Below, piece after piece: positions 10,574 through 20,506 of a stretch of DNA of 64,000 nucleotides. The first letter of the stretch is position 1; each line of letters begins with the position of its first letter. Source of the DNA: a virus. Both the position numbers and the translations under genes were made by a program. The notes under the pieces were generated by a model. That model saw nothing but the letters and a program-made list of their open reading frames with translations, searched no databases and was not told the origin of the DNA. The stretch covers positions 1 through 64,000 of IMG/VR virus record IMGVR_UViG_3300043570_001741; one strand, 5' to 3'.

Positions 10574-10767
10574 TGGAGATTAAAATGGAAGTTCAAGATT
10601 TTATTAATAGTGTTGCCACAGGCAATGCATCTGAAGCAAAAGACACTTTGAATGATTTGCTATCAGCACGAGCCTTTGATGCTTTGGCAGCAAAGAAAAT
10701 TGAAATTGCTCAATCTTTGTTCAATGATAAGCAAGCAGAGACACCAGAAACTACAGAAGCAGAATGA
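10573..10767 (+). CDS. gp67: Prohead core protein gp67-like (start may be 10585)
   Basis: Small acidic helical protein directly after gp20; positional call. Confidence 0.65.
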   Translation: MEIKMEVQDFINSVATGNASEAKDTLNDLLSARAFDALAAKKIEIAQSLFNDKQAETPETTEAE

Positions 10768-11543
10768 AATCGTTAAACGAATTTAAGTCTATTGTTGAAG
10801 AAGAAAAGTCGGACTATTCCAAGTTCGATGTTTTAGTTCGTGCTGGTCTGGCCAATAAGGCACAGATGCAACGAATTCATGCCGTGTTGGATAAAATGAA
10901 AGAAGAAAGACCTACTTTCAATAATGCAGACCGCATGATTGTCCAAAACCTTTTCAATAAAATGGTAGACTTAATTTCGAATAACAAACAGATTAACCAA
11001 CAAGCTCGCCGTTCAATTAAAGAAGTTACTGACGTAATTGACACGGCAGACTTTAAGGTTAGTCCAAGTGGTCGTAAATTAAAAGCACACAAGGTTGAAT
11101 TTGATACTGAAGTTAAAGAGTCTATTCAACTTGAAGGTGTAGATACACCACGTGACCCTCCTGCTGTTCTTGTACTAAAGCGCAAATCTATTCGTATGTA
11201 TCCAGACAATACTAGAATTGCCCTTTATTATAACAATACATTGGACAAATACTTTTCGATCCCTTATGGACCAAAAATTGATGCACCAATCCAATCTGAA
11301 GAAACTCAGATTCAAGAATCAGTTATGGATGCTTTGCATAGAATTGTAAAGACCAAACAACACGAACCAGTTCAATTTGCCGATGGTACAAAGATGAAAG
11401 TTGACCACTATACTGCGTCAGCAATTACTCAAGTACATAAAGCTTTGAACGATGATAATAAAAAGAAGTATGAGTCGATGGTAAATAAGTCTAAAGAACA
11501 TTTAGGCCGTGCTTCTGATTTTGCATTTAGGCATATGAAATGA
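10764..11543 (+). CDS. Hypothetical head-module protein
   Basis: ORF between gp67 and gp68; MKSLNEF..EE N-terminus resembles a capsid-targeting sequence. Confidence 0.6.
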   Translation: MKSLNEFKSIVEEEKSDYSKFDVLVRAGLANKAQMQRIHAVLDKMKEERPTFNNADRMIVQNLFNKMVDLISNNKQINQQARRSIKEVTDVIDTADFKVSPSGRKLKAHKVEFDTEVKESIQLEGVDTPRDPPAVLVLKRKSIRMYPDNTRIALYYNNTLDKYFSIPYGPKIDAPIQSEETQIQESVMDALHRIVKTKQHEPVQFADGTKMKVDHYTASAITQVHKALNDDNKKKYESMVNKSKEHLGRASDFAFRHMK

Positions 11544-11974
11544 CCTTTGTGGAATCTATTATACATAGAAAGTTGGATGAAGCAAGAGAAACAATTCATG
11601 CTCGTCTTAATGAAATCGTGTCTCAACGTCTTGAAGAAGCAAAGCGTTATATTGCAGCCGACATGTTTGAAGAAGTTATTTTAGATGAAGCAAGTTCAAA
11701 CATTATTAAAATGGGTAGAATTCAAAAGATTCGCCGTAGAATTAGAAGAAATGCTAAAGGTCGTATTGTCGTTCAAAAGAATGTTAAACGTTCAGGCATT
11801 AAAGGTTACAGAATTTCGGGCAATACACTTAAACGTATATCTGCTACATCACGCCTTCATAAAGCGAGAATGTTAAAGCGTTCTTGGAAAACAACACGTA
11901 AAGCTAAATTGCGCCGTTCATTGTTAAAAAGAAAAATGTCAATGCGTAGGCGCTCATCCATGGGAATAAAATAA
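11540..11974 (+). CDS. Basic prohead core protein, gp68-like
   Basis: Very Arg/Lys-rich C-half ending RKMSMRRRSSMGIK; position before gp21. Confidence 0.6.
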   Translation: MTFVESIIHRKLDEARETIHARLNEIVSQRLEEAKRYIAADMFEEVILDEASSNIIKMGRIQKIRRRIRRNAKGRIVVQKNVKRSGIKGYRISGNTLKRISATSRLHKARMLKRSWKTTRKAKLRRSLLKRKMSMRRRSSMGIK

Positions 11975-11975
11975 A

Positions 11976-12332
11976 ATGGCACTAGAAGTTACAAACTCAC
12001 TAAGAGGTCCATCTGTTATCAGATGCGTTGAACCTGGAACATACACTATCAATCTTACAGATTTGAGAAAAAATACAGTTATAGAAACAGTAACATCTGC
12101 CGATATTAAGCGTGTTACATGGTCAACGAATGGCAGTATTACTATTGTTCGTAATATTACTCCAGTCTTGTCACTACAAGGTTCTGGTGAAATGAGATTT
12201 GATGAATTTGGCCACTCGATTGCAAATAACAATACAGCTAATGTTGTTGTTACGATTGCAACTGGCGGCACTTTGGTTATGGAATTAAGTAAGCAAGCTA
12301 CATTCTCTGTAGATGTTAATACTGGAGCATAA
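11976..12332 (+). CDS. Hypothetical virion-associated protein
   Basis: 118-aa beta-rich ORF in the head module. Confidence 0.55.
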   Translation: MALEVTNSLRGPSVIRCVEPGTYTINLTDLRKNTVIETVTSADIKRVTWSTNGSITIVRNITPVLSLQGSGEMRFDEFGHSIANNNTANVVVTIATGGTLVMELSKQATFSVDVNTGA

Positions 12333-12336
12333 CCCA

Positions 12337-12987
12337 ATGAAATTAATTACCGAAACAATTGAAAGTGTTAAGTACCTATCAGAAGCTTCTGAGAATGGTA
12401 AAAAACACTTGTACATTGAAGGCACATTCCTAGTTGGCGATAAAGTAAATCGTAACAATAGAATGTATAAAATGAACACGTTACGTGAAGAAGTAAAGAG
12501 ATATAATGAAGAATACATTAAAACAAACCGTGCTTTAGGTGAACTAGGCCACCCTGACACACCATCTATTAACTTAGAACGTGTGTCACATAAGATTGTG
12601 TCCTTAGATGAAGATGGCAACACCTTCTATGGTAAAGCATTAATTCTAGAAACTCCTTACGGTCAAATCGTAAAGAATTTTATTGAGAACAATATTCAAG
12701 TTGGAGTGTCATCGAGAGCTATGGGTTCTGTTGTGCAAACAAGAGAAGGATACAACCTAGTTCAAGACGACCTTAAACTTGCCACGGCAGCTGACATTGT
12801 TGCCGACCCATCAGCCCCTGGCGCTTTCGTCAATGGTATTATGGAGAATAAAGAATGGATGTTTGTTGAAGGCCGTTTCGTAGAAATGGACTTTGATGAT
12901 GCTAAAAAACAAATAAGAGCGGCTTCTTCCAAACAAATAGAGGAAGTTGCGCTAAAATTATTTGAAAATTACTTACGAAAACTTTAA
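12337..12987 (+). CDS. gp21: Prohead core protease
   Basis: MKLITE, NRNNRMY, ALGELGHP, GVSSRAMGS, DIVADPSAP motifs; start set at ATG 12337. Confidence 0.95.
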   Translation: MKLITETIESVKYLSEASENGKKHLYIEGTFLVGDKVNRNNRMYKMNTLREEVKRYNEEYIKTNRALGELGHPDTPSINLERVSHKIVSLDEDGNTFYGKALILETPYGQIVKNFIENNIQVGVSSRAMGSVVQTREGYNLVQDDLKLATAADIVADPSAPGAFVNGIMENKEWMFVEGRFVEMDFDDAKKQIRAASSKQIEEVALKLFENYLRKL

Positions 12988-12990
12988 TTT

Positions 12991-12998
12991 TATAAATA
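12991..12998 (+). promoter_or_regulatory. T4-type late promoter upstream of gp22
   Basis: TATAAATA. Confidence 0.8.
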
Positions 12999-13020
12999 AG
13001 AAATCAAAAGGAGATTCCTA

Positions 13021-14019
13021 ATGGCAAACAGTAAACTAATGGAAGCCGCAGCCGATATTCTTGCAGGAAGCAAGAAGACAGCCTCAAGCATGCCAGCCCA
13101 AAAACTGCCTGGTGAGGTTCAAGACCTCGGTGGCCCAACTAATACAGATGCTCATCCAATGGGTGACTCTGAGAAGATTGATGCTACCAAAGGTGCTAAG
13201 AGCGCTACACCACCAGCTACAAAACCATCAGCAGCTTCTGCTGACACTCAGAACAAGCCAGTTGGTGGCAAAAAAACTATGAGTGAAGAAGAAATAACAC
13301 ATGACATGAATTCGTTGTTCTCAGATGACGATACCATTTCAGAAGATTTTAAATCCAAAGCTGCAACAATTTTTGAAGCTCGTGTCTTTGACCGTGTATC
13401 TCAAATTGAAGAAGAAACAGAAGAACGATATGCCGGCATGCTTGAAGAAGCAGTTGAGACTATCAAGGCCGACTTGACCGAAAAGGTTGATGACTACCTT
13501 TCTTATGTTGTTGAGCAATGGATGGCAGACAATGAAATTGCAGTTGAATCCGGTCTTCGTGCCGAATTGACTGAAGACTTCATTGGCGGCTTGAAGAATT
13601 TGTTCACAGAACATTACATCGATGTTCCTGCTGACAAAGTGGACCTAGTTGAAGAACTTTCTACTAAAGTGGAAGAACTAGAGTCTAAACTTAATGAAGA
13701 AATTGAAACAGGTATTCAATTGAAGAAATCGCTCATTGAATCCCATAAAGCAGAAATTGCACATGAAGTCTGTGATGGACTTGCAGCTACTCAAGCTGAA
13801 AAAGTAAAAGCACTTGCAGAGAGTGTTGATTTTTCTACAGAGGAAGAATACAAAGAAAAGCTTGAGACAATCCGTGAGAACTATTTCCCATCTGGCACTA
13901 AAAAGGCTGATGTGAGAGACCTACATGAGCAAGTAGAAGATGGTAGCGAGAAACAAGTAACCGCTGCTGATCCATACGTTGCTTCTGTCATGCAAGCAAT
14001 TTCGAAAACTAAAATTTAA
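13021..14019 (+). CDS. gp22: Prohead core scaffold protein
   Basis: FKSKAATIFEA, VDDYLSYVVEQWM, LFTEHYIDVP motifs; acidic. Confidence 0.93.
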   Translation: MANSKLMEAAADILAGSKKTASSMPAQKLPGEVQDLGGPTNTDAHPMGDSEKIDATKGAKSATPPATKPSAASADTQNKPVGGKKTMSEEEITHDMNSLFSDDDTISEDFKSKAATIFEARVFDRVSQIEEETEERYAGMLEEAVETIKADLTEKVDDYLSYVVEQWMADNEIAVESGLRAELTEDFIGGLKNLFTEHYIDVPADKVDLVEELSTKVEELESKLNEEIETGIQLKKSLIESHKAEIAHEVCDGLAATQAEKVKALAESVDFSTEEEYKEKLETIRENYFPSGTKKADVRDLHEQVEDGSEKQVTAADPYVASVMQAISKTKI

Positions 14020-14045
14020 TTAAACAAATCCACAAGGAGAATTAT

Positions 14046-15386
14046 ATGTATTTGTCAGAAAGTCTACAAAAGAAATGGGAAGGCGTACTGGAGCACCCAG
14101 ACCTCCCAGCTATTAAAGATCCATACCGTAAGGCCGTTACTGCTGTCGTGCTTGAGAACCAAGCCGTTGAAATGCAGAAATCTGCTGGTATGTTGTATGA
14201 AACAGCACCAACGAACTCTATGGGTTCTACAAACGGTGGTTTCCAAGGCGGTTCAGCTGCTGCAGGTCCTGTTGCCGGTTTCGATCCAATCCTTATCAGC
14301 TTGGTTCGCCGTTCATTGCCTAACCTGATTGCTTATGATATCTGCGGCGTTCAGCCAATGACTGGACCTACAGGTCTTATCTTCGCAATGCGTACTAAGT
14401 ATGCAGGTCAATCCGGTACTGAAGCCTTCTTCAACGAAGCTAACACTGGTTTCTCTGGTTTGGGTACCTCTGGTAACCAAGCATTTGCAGAAGGCACATT
14501 GCCAACAGAAATCTTCACAGGTAATGCCGCTGCTGTTGGTGCTATGTCAACAGCTCGTGCTGAAGCCTTGGGTGATGGCGCTGCTGCTAACGCATTCCAA
14601 GAAATGGCATTCTCTATTGAGAAAGTTACTGTTACTGCAAAGACTCGTGCTTTGAAGGCAGAATACTCAATGGAACTTGCACAAGACTTGAAAGCAGTCC
14701 ACGGTTTGGACGCAGAAACAGAATTGGCAAACATCTTGTCTTCTGAAATTCTTGCTGAAATTAACCGTGAAGTGGTTCGTACAGTTTATGCATCTGCTAA
14801 AATCGGTGCACAAGTTGGTACAACTACTGCTGGTGTGTTCAACCTTGACACAGACTCTAATGGTCGTTGGATGGTCGAAAAAGTTAAAGGTTTGGCATTC
14901 CAAATCGAGCGTGAAGCTAATACTATTGCCAAGACTACTCGTAGAGGCAAAGGTAACATCATGATTTGTTCATCTGATGTTGCTTCCGCTTTGGCAATGG
15001 CTGGTATCCTTGATTATCAATCTGCTCTCAGCTCACAAGTTAGCTTGACAGTTGATGACACAGGTAACACATTCGCTGGTACCATCTTCGGTCGTATCAA
15101 GGTCTATATTGACCCATACTTCCCAGCTAACTTCTCTAGCGAATTCGCTGTTGTTGGTTACAAAGGTACTAATGCCTATGACGCTGGTCTGTTCTACTGC
15201 CCATACGTACCGTTGCAAATGGTTCGTGCAGTTGATACGGGTACATTCCAACCAAAAATTGGTTTCAAAACTCGTTACGGATTGGTTGCAAACCCATTCG
15301 CAGAAGGTACTAACCAAGGTTTGGGTGCATTGAACACTCAAGCTAACAACTACTACCGTGCATTCCGCATCAGCAACTTGATGTAA
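14046..15386 (+). CDS. gp23: Major capsid protein
   Basis: LISLVRR, GVQPMTGPTGLIFAMR, ELAQDLKAVHGLDAE, QPKIGFKTRYG motifs. Confidence 0.98.
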   Translation: MYLSESLQKKWEGVLEHPDLPAIKDPYRKAVTAVVLENQAVEMQKSAGMLYETAPTNSMGSTNGGFQGGSAAAGPVAGFDPILISLVRRSLPNLIAYDICGVQPMTGPTGLIFAMRTKYAGQSGTEAFFNEANTGFSGLGTSGNQAFAEGTLPTEIFTGNAAAVGAMSTARAEALGDGAAANAFQEMAFSIEKVTVTAKTRALKAEYSMELAQDLKAVHGLDAETELANILSSEILAEINREVVRTVYASAKIGAQVGTTTAGVFNLDTDSNGRWMVEKVKGLAFQIEREANTIAKTTRRGKGNIMICSSDVASALAMAGILDYQSALSSQVSLTVDDTGNTFAGTIFGRIKVYIDPYFPANFSSEFAVVGYKGTNAYDAGLFYCPYVPLQMVRAVDTGTFQPKIGFKTRYGLVANPFAEGTNQGLGALNTQANNYYRAFRISNLM

Positions 15387-15413
15387 TCTAAACCTCCGTT
15401 AAGAGAGGTACTT

Positions 15414-15445
15414 AAAAGAGGGACAGAAATGTTCCTCTTTTTTTT
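15414..15445 (+). terminator. Rho-independent terminator after gp23
   Basis: AAAAGAGGGACA-GAAA-TGTTCCTCTTTT followed by a T-run. Confidence 0.8.
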
Positions 15446-15449
15446 GCTT

Positions 15450-15457
15450 TATAAATA
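15450..15457 (+). promoter_or_regulatory. T4-type late promoter upstream of gp3
   Basis: TATAAATA directly after the terminator, 5 nt before the ATG (near-leaderless transcript). Confidence 0.75.
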
Positions 15458-15462
15458 ACCAT

Positions 15463-16002
15463 ATGACAGCAATAACAAGAGCCCCAACTAATCCAAACTT
15501 TCTTCAACCGAATAAGTTTCAGTTGAACTTCTCACGCACACCTAATGTACAATACTTTGTGCAATCACTAGGCGTACCTGGTATATCATTGTCTGAAATC
15601 CCTACGACCAATCCTTTCCTTGACATATTCTCACCGGGCGAAAAGGCCATTTATGATTTGTTAAGTGTTACCTTTTTGATTGATGAGGAAATGAAATCGT
15701 GGTTGGAGATACACGATTGGATCCGTGCAATGACCTTCCCTAAAGAGTTTGAAGAATACCAAAAGTTGCCTAGACTTAATAAGTATGCGAGTATGGCTAA
15801 TCAAAAAATGCCACAATTCTCTGATGCAACTATTACCTTGTTGTCTTCAAGTAATAAACCTTATTACAGGTTTAAATTCCATGATGTTTTCCCAACATCT
15901 ATTTCTACCTTTGTTATGGCGGCAACTGATGACCCATCCAACCCAATGACGGCCGATGCCACATTCAGGTATAGTTATTACGATATTGAAAAACTATACT
16001 AA
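15463..16002 (+). CDS. gp3: Tail completion/tail tube terminator protein
   Basis: NFLQPNKF, F.IDEEMKSWLEIHDWI, SDATI, FPTSIS motifs. Confidence 0.85.
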   Translation: MTAITRAPTNPNFLQPNKFQLNFSRTPNVQYFVQSLGVPGISLSEIPTTNPFLDIFSPGEKAIYDLLSVTFLIDEEMKSWLEIHDWIRAMTFPKEFEEYQKLPRLNKYASMANQKMPQFSDATITLLSSSNKPYYRFKFHDVFPTSISTFVMAATDDPSNPMTADATFRYSYYDIEKLY

Positions 16003-16008
16003 AAACAC

Positions 16009-16037
16009 TTGACATTTAGTTACACTTAGTGTAACCT
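16009..16037 (+). promoter_or_regulatory. Sigma70-like promoter for uvsY with an overlapping palindrome
   Basis: TTGACA-17-TAACCT; GTTACAC-TTA-GTGTAAC at 16019-16035. Confidence 0.55.
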
Positions 16038-16058
16038 TCCGATAAGAGGAATTTTATT

Positions 16059-16496
16059 ATGAAACAGTTAGATGAGTTACTAGAAACATGGCGGCAAGAT
16101 TGTGATATCGACCGCACAGAGCCTGCTAGGGCATTGTTAGATATCCCCAAACTACACAGTAAGTATTTGAATATACTTTCAAGGCATCGTTTGCTTTCAA
16201 AAGAATCTGAGTTTAAGTATAACAAGATGAAGAAGTTGAAGTGGGAATACTACACAGGTAAGTTAGACGATGACGACCTTGCTAAGTATGGATGGAAACC
16301 ATTTCCATTTCTACTTAAATCCGACATCACTACATATATGGATAGTGATGAGGATATGAACAAACACTTGGCACACAAGGCGATGCATGATGAAATCGTT
16401 GACGTATGTACATCTATTCTCAAAGAGCTAAATAGTAGAACGTTCCAATTAAGGGACTTTATAGCATGGGAAAGATTCATACAAGGTGTCGGTTGA
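16059..16496 (+). CDS. uvsY: Recombination mediator protein
   Basis: IPKLHSKYL, KWEYYTGK, RTFQLRDFIAW motifs; adjacent to uvsW. Confidence 0.9.
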   Translation: MKQLDELLETWRQDCDIDRTEPARALLDIPKLHSKYLNILSRHRLLSKESEFKYNKMKKLKWEYYTGKLDDDDLAKYGWKPFPFLLKSDITTYMDSDEDMNKHLAHKAMHDEIVDVCTSILKELNSRTFQLRDFIAWERFIQGVG

Positions 16497-17955
16497 TTTA
16501 ATATTACATCATAAGGATGAGGCATTCATCCGTTTTGAGTGTGACAGAAACATAGCTCAAGAGTTATCAGACTATTTCACATTTCATGTTCCAGGTTACC
16601 AGTTTGTTCCTGCCTATAAGAATAGGCTTTGGGACGGGAAAATTAGGCTGGCAGACCTGAGAACATTTTTAATCTATCGTGGATTAATTCCTTACATTGA
16701 GAAGTTTTGTGAGGAACGAGAATACAAACTCGCATTAGACCCTATCATTAGTGTCACAGAAAACTTCTCCGCAATTGAGGCAGAACAATTTGCCAAGTCT
16801 TTGAATCTACCACATGAGGTTAGAGACTATCAATTGAAATCTTTTATTCAAGCAGTCCGTAATAAGAGGTTGTTATTATTATCACCAACTGCATCAGGTA
16901 AGTCTCTTATACTTTACCTTATCATTCGTTATTTGCAAATGGCGGATTACAAACGTGGCCTGTTAATCGTACCAACTACATCACTAGTTGAACAGATGTA
17001 TTCTGATTTTGCATCTTATGGTTATGATTCAGACCAGTATTGCCACAGACAGTATGCAGGTAAAGACAAACACACAAATAAGTTTTTGACCATTACAACA
17101 TGGCAATCAATATACAAAAACGAAAAAGATTACTTTGAACAATTTGATTTTGTTCTTGGTGATGAAGCACACCAGTTCAAAGCTAAATCTTTAACAACAA
17201 TTTTATCTGGTTGTACCAACACAAAATATAGAATCGGTACAACTGGTACACTAGATGGCACACAGACACACAGACTGGTACTAGAAGGTCTATTTGGTCC
17301 TGTTTACAAAGCAACTACAACTGCTGAGTTGATTGATAAAGGACAACTTGCCTCATTTAAAATTAAGTGTTTGATTTTAAAATATCCAGATGCAATTTGT
17401 AAAGAGGCTAGGTCTTGGGATTATAACCAAGAAATGGAATACATTGTAAAGAATAATGCACGTAATGAATTTATTAAGAACCTTGTTATGTCATTGAAAG
17501 GCAACTCTCTTGTTTTATTTCAGTTCGTAGAGAAACATGGTAAGAATTTATATGAGATTATCAAACAAGAAGCTGGTGATAGAAAAGTATTCTTTGTTCA
17601 CGGTGGTACAGACGTAGATATTAGAGAATCAATAAGGGCGATTACAGAGAAAGAAATAGACGCAATCATTGTGGCTTCATATGGTACTTTCTCCACAGGC
17701 GTGAATATTCGCAACCTACATAATATTATATTCGCATCACCTTCAAAGTCGAGAGTTAGAAACTTACAATCGATTGGTCGTGGTCTTCGTTTAGGTGAAA
17801 ATAAAGAACAAGCAGTTTTGTTCGATGTGGCTGATGACTTTAGAATAGGCAAATTTGCCAATTTTACATTGAAACATTTTGCCGAACGTGTTAAAATATA
17901 TGATGAAGAAAAATTTAATTACAAATTTTACAATATAGAGTTAAAAAATGCCTAA
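16486..17955 (+). CDS. uvsW: SF2 DNA helicase
   Basis: SPTASGKS, GDEAH, QSIGRGLR motifs. Confidence 0.95.
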   Translation: MSVDLILHHKDEAFIRFECDRNIAQELSDYFTFHVPGYQFVPAYKNRLWDGKIRLADLRTFLIYRGLIPYIEKFCEEREYKLALDPIISVTENFSAIEAEQFAKSLNLPHEVRDYQLKSFIQAVRNKRLLLLSPTASGKSLILYLIIRYLQMADYKRGLLIVPTTSLVEQMYSDFASYGYDSDQYCHRQYAGKDKHTNKFLTITTWQSIYKNEKDYFEQFDFVLGDEAHQFKAKSLTTILSGCTNTKYRIGTTGTLDGTQTHRLVLEGLFGPVYKATTTAELIDKGQLASFKIKCLILKYPDAICKEARSWDYNQEMEYIVKNNARNEFIKNLVMSLKGNSLVLFQFVEKHGKNLYEIIKQEAGDRKVFFVHGGTDVDIRESIRAITEKEIDAIIVASYGTFSTGVNIRNLHNIIFASPSKSRVRNLQSIGRGLRLGENKEQAVLFDVADDFRIGKFANFTLKHFAERVKIYDEEKFNYKFYNIELKNA

Positions 17956-18382
17956 CCTTTTAGAAACAAATATCAAAATCGTAAGATTACAAAGTGGTGA
18001 GGACATTATAGCTGATTGCATGGCAACAGAAGATGAAGAAATTATTTCACTAAAACAACCAATGCATATCATATTCAAAAGAATTGCATCTGGTAGAAGT
18101 GTTATGATGATGATGCCTTGGTTGCCTATTGAATTGATTAAAGAGAATGTGGCCAACGTATATGGTGCAGACATTCTAACCATGATAGACCCTAAAGATG
18201 ATTTGATTGAGTATTATCATAACTCAGTTAATGATGAAGACATGACAAAAGCTACAAGTGCTTCTATTCGCCCACAACTATTTGACGAGTATGATGATGA
18301 TGAAGAACCAACTGACGAAGAATTAGATGAAGAAGAACTCGAAGAATTGTTAGAAGAAAAGAAACAAAGTAAAATACATTAA
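17948..18382 (+). CDS. Conserved T4-like hypothetical protein downstream of uvsW
   Basis: IVRLQSGEDII..PW; acidic tail ending in KIH. Confidence 0.65.
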   Translation: MPNLLETNIKIVRLQSGEDIIADCMATEDEEIISLKQPMHIIFKRIASGRSVMMMMPWLPIELIKENVANVYGADILTMIDPKDDLIEYYHNSVNDEDMTKATSASIRPQLFDEYDDDEEPTDEELDEEELEELLEEKKQSKIH

Positions 18383-18399
18383 GTTATTGAGGACATATT

Positions 18400-19914
18400 A
18401 TGGCAAACGTGACATTCGTGGTACCAAGTAGTGCTAAAAAGGCCTATCAGGATTTAGCAAACTACCACTCAGCAATTGAACCACCAACATGGGCGTGTTT
18501 ACTTGCTCAATCAGTTAGAGCAAAAGGACATGAGCCTTGTATTCTGGACTTTGATGCAACACCAAAGACAGACGAAGATGCGGCAGAATCAATTGCCGAT
18601 ACAAAACCAAAGTTGGTAGTATTTGTTCTCTACGGACAAAATCCAAACTCAGGCACCACAATGATGATTGGTGCCACATCATTAGCAAAACAATTACGTA
18701 TTAGTCATCCAAATCTAAAGATTGCTTTTGTTGGCTCACATGTGTCTGCATTACCACATGAAGTAATTAAATATAACTTTGTTGACTTTGCTTTTATTAA
18801 TGAAGGTGTTCATGCCCTCCACGCATTGTTACAAACAGATTTAGTTAATGAGTTGGATAAAGTTCCAGGTATTTGGTACAAACAACATTCATTACATAGA
18901 CCATCAGCGCCTGCTAAAGTTGTTGAAACTAGAGACATGGACATTATGATGCCGGGTTATGCATGGGACTTATTACCTAAAAGAGAAAACCTATTAGACA
19001 CATATCGTGCTCACTATTGGCATACAAACTTCTTAGATGAAGGAAGAACACCATTTGCGGCAATTTACACATCATTAGGTTGCCAATTTGCATGTAACTT
19101 CTGTATGATTAACATTGTCAACAGAACTTCTTATGATATGGGAACAACATCGGCTGATTCTAAAGGTATGAGATTTTGGTCTCCAGAATTGGTATTAAAA
19201 GAATTCGAAGCCTTGTACAATTCAGGTGTTAGAACAATTCGTATTACAGATGAAATGTTTTTTCTTAATAAGAAGTTCTATGTGCCGATTCTACAAGGCA
19301 TTATTGACCGTGGTTTAAAATTTAATATGTGGGCATATGCTCGTGTTGATTCTATTCGTAAAGACCAACTTGCATTATTTAAAAAGGCTGGTGTAAATTG
19401 GTTAGCATTAGGCATCGAAGCAGGTAATCAAAACGTTAGACTTGAGATTGATAAAGGTCGTTTTGAACAAGTTGATATCCGCCAAGTTGTGAGTGATATC
19501 AAAGATGCTGGCATCAATGTACTTGGTAACTATATGTTTGGTTTTCCAACAGACACATATGAAACAATGCAAGAGACATTAGACCTTGCGCTTGAGTTGA
19601 ATTGTGAACATGCCAACTTCTATGCAGCTATGGCTTTGCCTGGTAGTCCATTGTATATGCATGCTAAAAGTAATAACTGGGAATTGCCGCAATCATTTGA
19701 AGAATATGCCTTCTTATCATATGATTGTAAACCAATGCGTACTAACACATTGACAGGTGCGGAAGTATTGAAGTTTCGTGATGATGCATGGCACACATAC
19801 TTCTCTAATGAAAACTTTATTAATTTGGTAGATGATAAATTTGGTGCTCAGTCTAAACAAAATGTAGAAAATATGGCCCAAATTCGTTTGAAAAGGAAAA
19901 TTCTAGGTGACTAA
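18400..19914 (+). CDS. B12-binding radical SAM enzyme
   Basis: N-terminal cobalamin-binding domain (EPP, GSHVSALP, NEG), CQFACNFC cluster motif, GIEAG. Confidence 0.9.
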   Translation: MANVTFVVPSSAKKAYQDLANYHSAIEPPTWACLLAQSVRAKGHEPCILDFDATPKTDEDAAESIADTKPKLVVFVLYGQNPNSGTTMMIGATSLAKQLRISHPNLKIAFVGSHVSALPHEVIKYNFVDFAFINEGVHALHALLQTDLVNELDKVPGIWYKQHSLHRPSAPAKVVETRDMDIMMPGYAWDLLPKRENLLDTYRAHYWHTNFLDEGRTPFAAIYTSLGCQFACNFCMINIVNRTSYDMGTTSADSKGMRFWSPELVLKEFEALYNSGVRTIRITDEMFFLNKKFYVPILQGIIDRGLKFNMWAYARVDSIRKDQLALFKKAGVNWLALGIEAGNQNVRLEIDKGRFEQVDIRQVVSDIKDAGINVLGNYMFGFPTDTYETMQETLDLALELNCEHANFYAAMALPGSPLYMHAKSNNWELPQSFEEYAFLSYDCKPMRTNTLTGAEVLKFRDDAWHTYFSNENFINLVDDKFGAQSKQNVENMAQIRLKRKILGD

Positions 19915-20506
19915 AGATGATTTAATTAATTTCGAGAACCGAATTGCCGATAGATTCAACAATGGTGATATTAGAGCACCAGTTCATCTTTATTCTGGCA
20001 ATGAGGAACAAATGATTGAGATAATGAAAGACGTTAGACCTGATGATTGGGTATTCTGTTCTTGGCGCTCACACTATCAATGCCTTCTAAAAGGTGTTCC
20101 AATGAATAAAGTGGAAGAAGAAATCGTAAAAGGCCACTCTATTACATTGTGTTTTACCGATTACAATATTTACTCCTCTGCTATTGTTGGTGGTGTTTTA
20201 CCAATTGCGGTGGGTACTGCTATGTCACTTAAACGTGATAAGAAAGATGCAATGGTATATTGTTTCTTAGGTGATATGACTTCTGAAACAGGTATTGCTC
20301 ATGAGTCTATTAAGTATGCCTTGAACCATAATTTGCCAATTAAGTTTATCATTGAAGATAATAGTAAGTCTGTATGTACCGACACAAGAGATGCTTGGGG
20401 TTTTAAAGAATTAACTTTCGAAAATGCTATTAATGATAAAATTGTTTATTACAAATATGATAACAAGTACCCACATGCAGGTGCTGGAAAGAGAGTGCAG
20501 TTTTGA
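19907..20506 (+). CDS. ThDP-dependent dehydrogenase E1 alpha-like subunit (short)
   Basis: HLYSGNEE, WRSHY, SAIVGG, GDM...EDN ThDP-binding variant. Confidence 0.85.
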   Translation: MTKDDLINFENRIADRFNNGDIRAPVHLYSGNEEQMIEIMKDVRPDDWVFCSWRSHYQCLLKGVPMNKVEEEIVKGHSITLCFTDYNIYSSAIVGGVLPIAVGTAMSLKRDKKDAMVYCFLGDMTSETGIAHESIKYALNHNLPIKFIIEDNSKSVCTDTRDAWGFKELTFENAINDKIVYYKYDNKYPHAGAGKRVQF

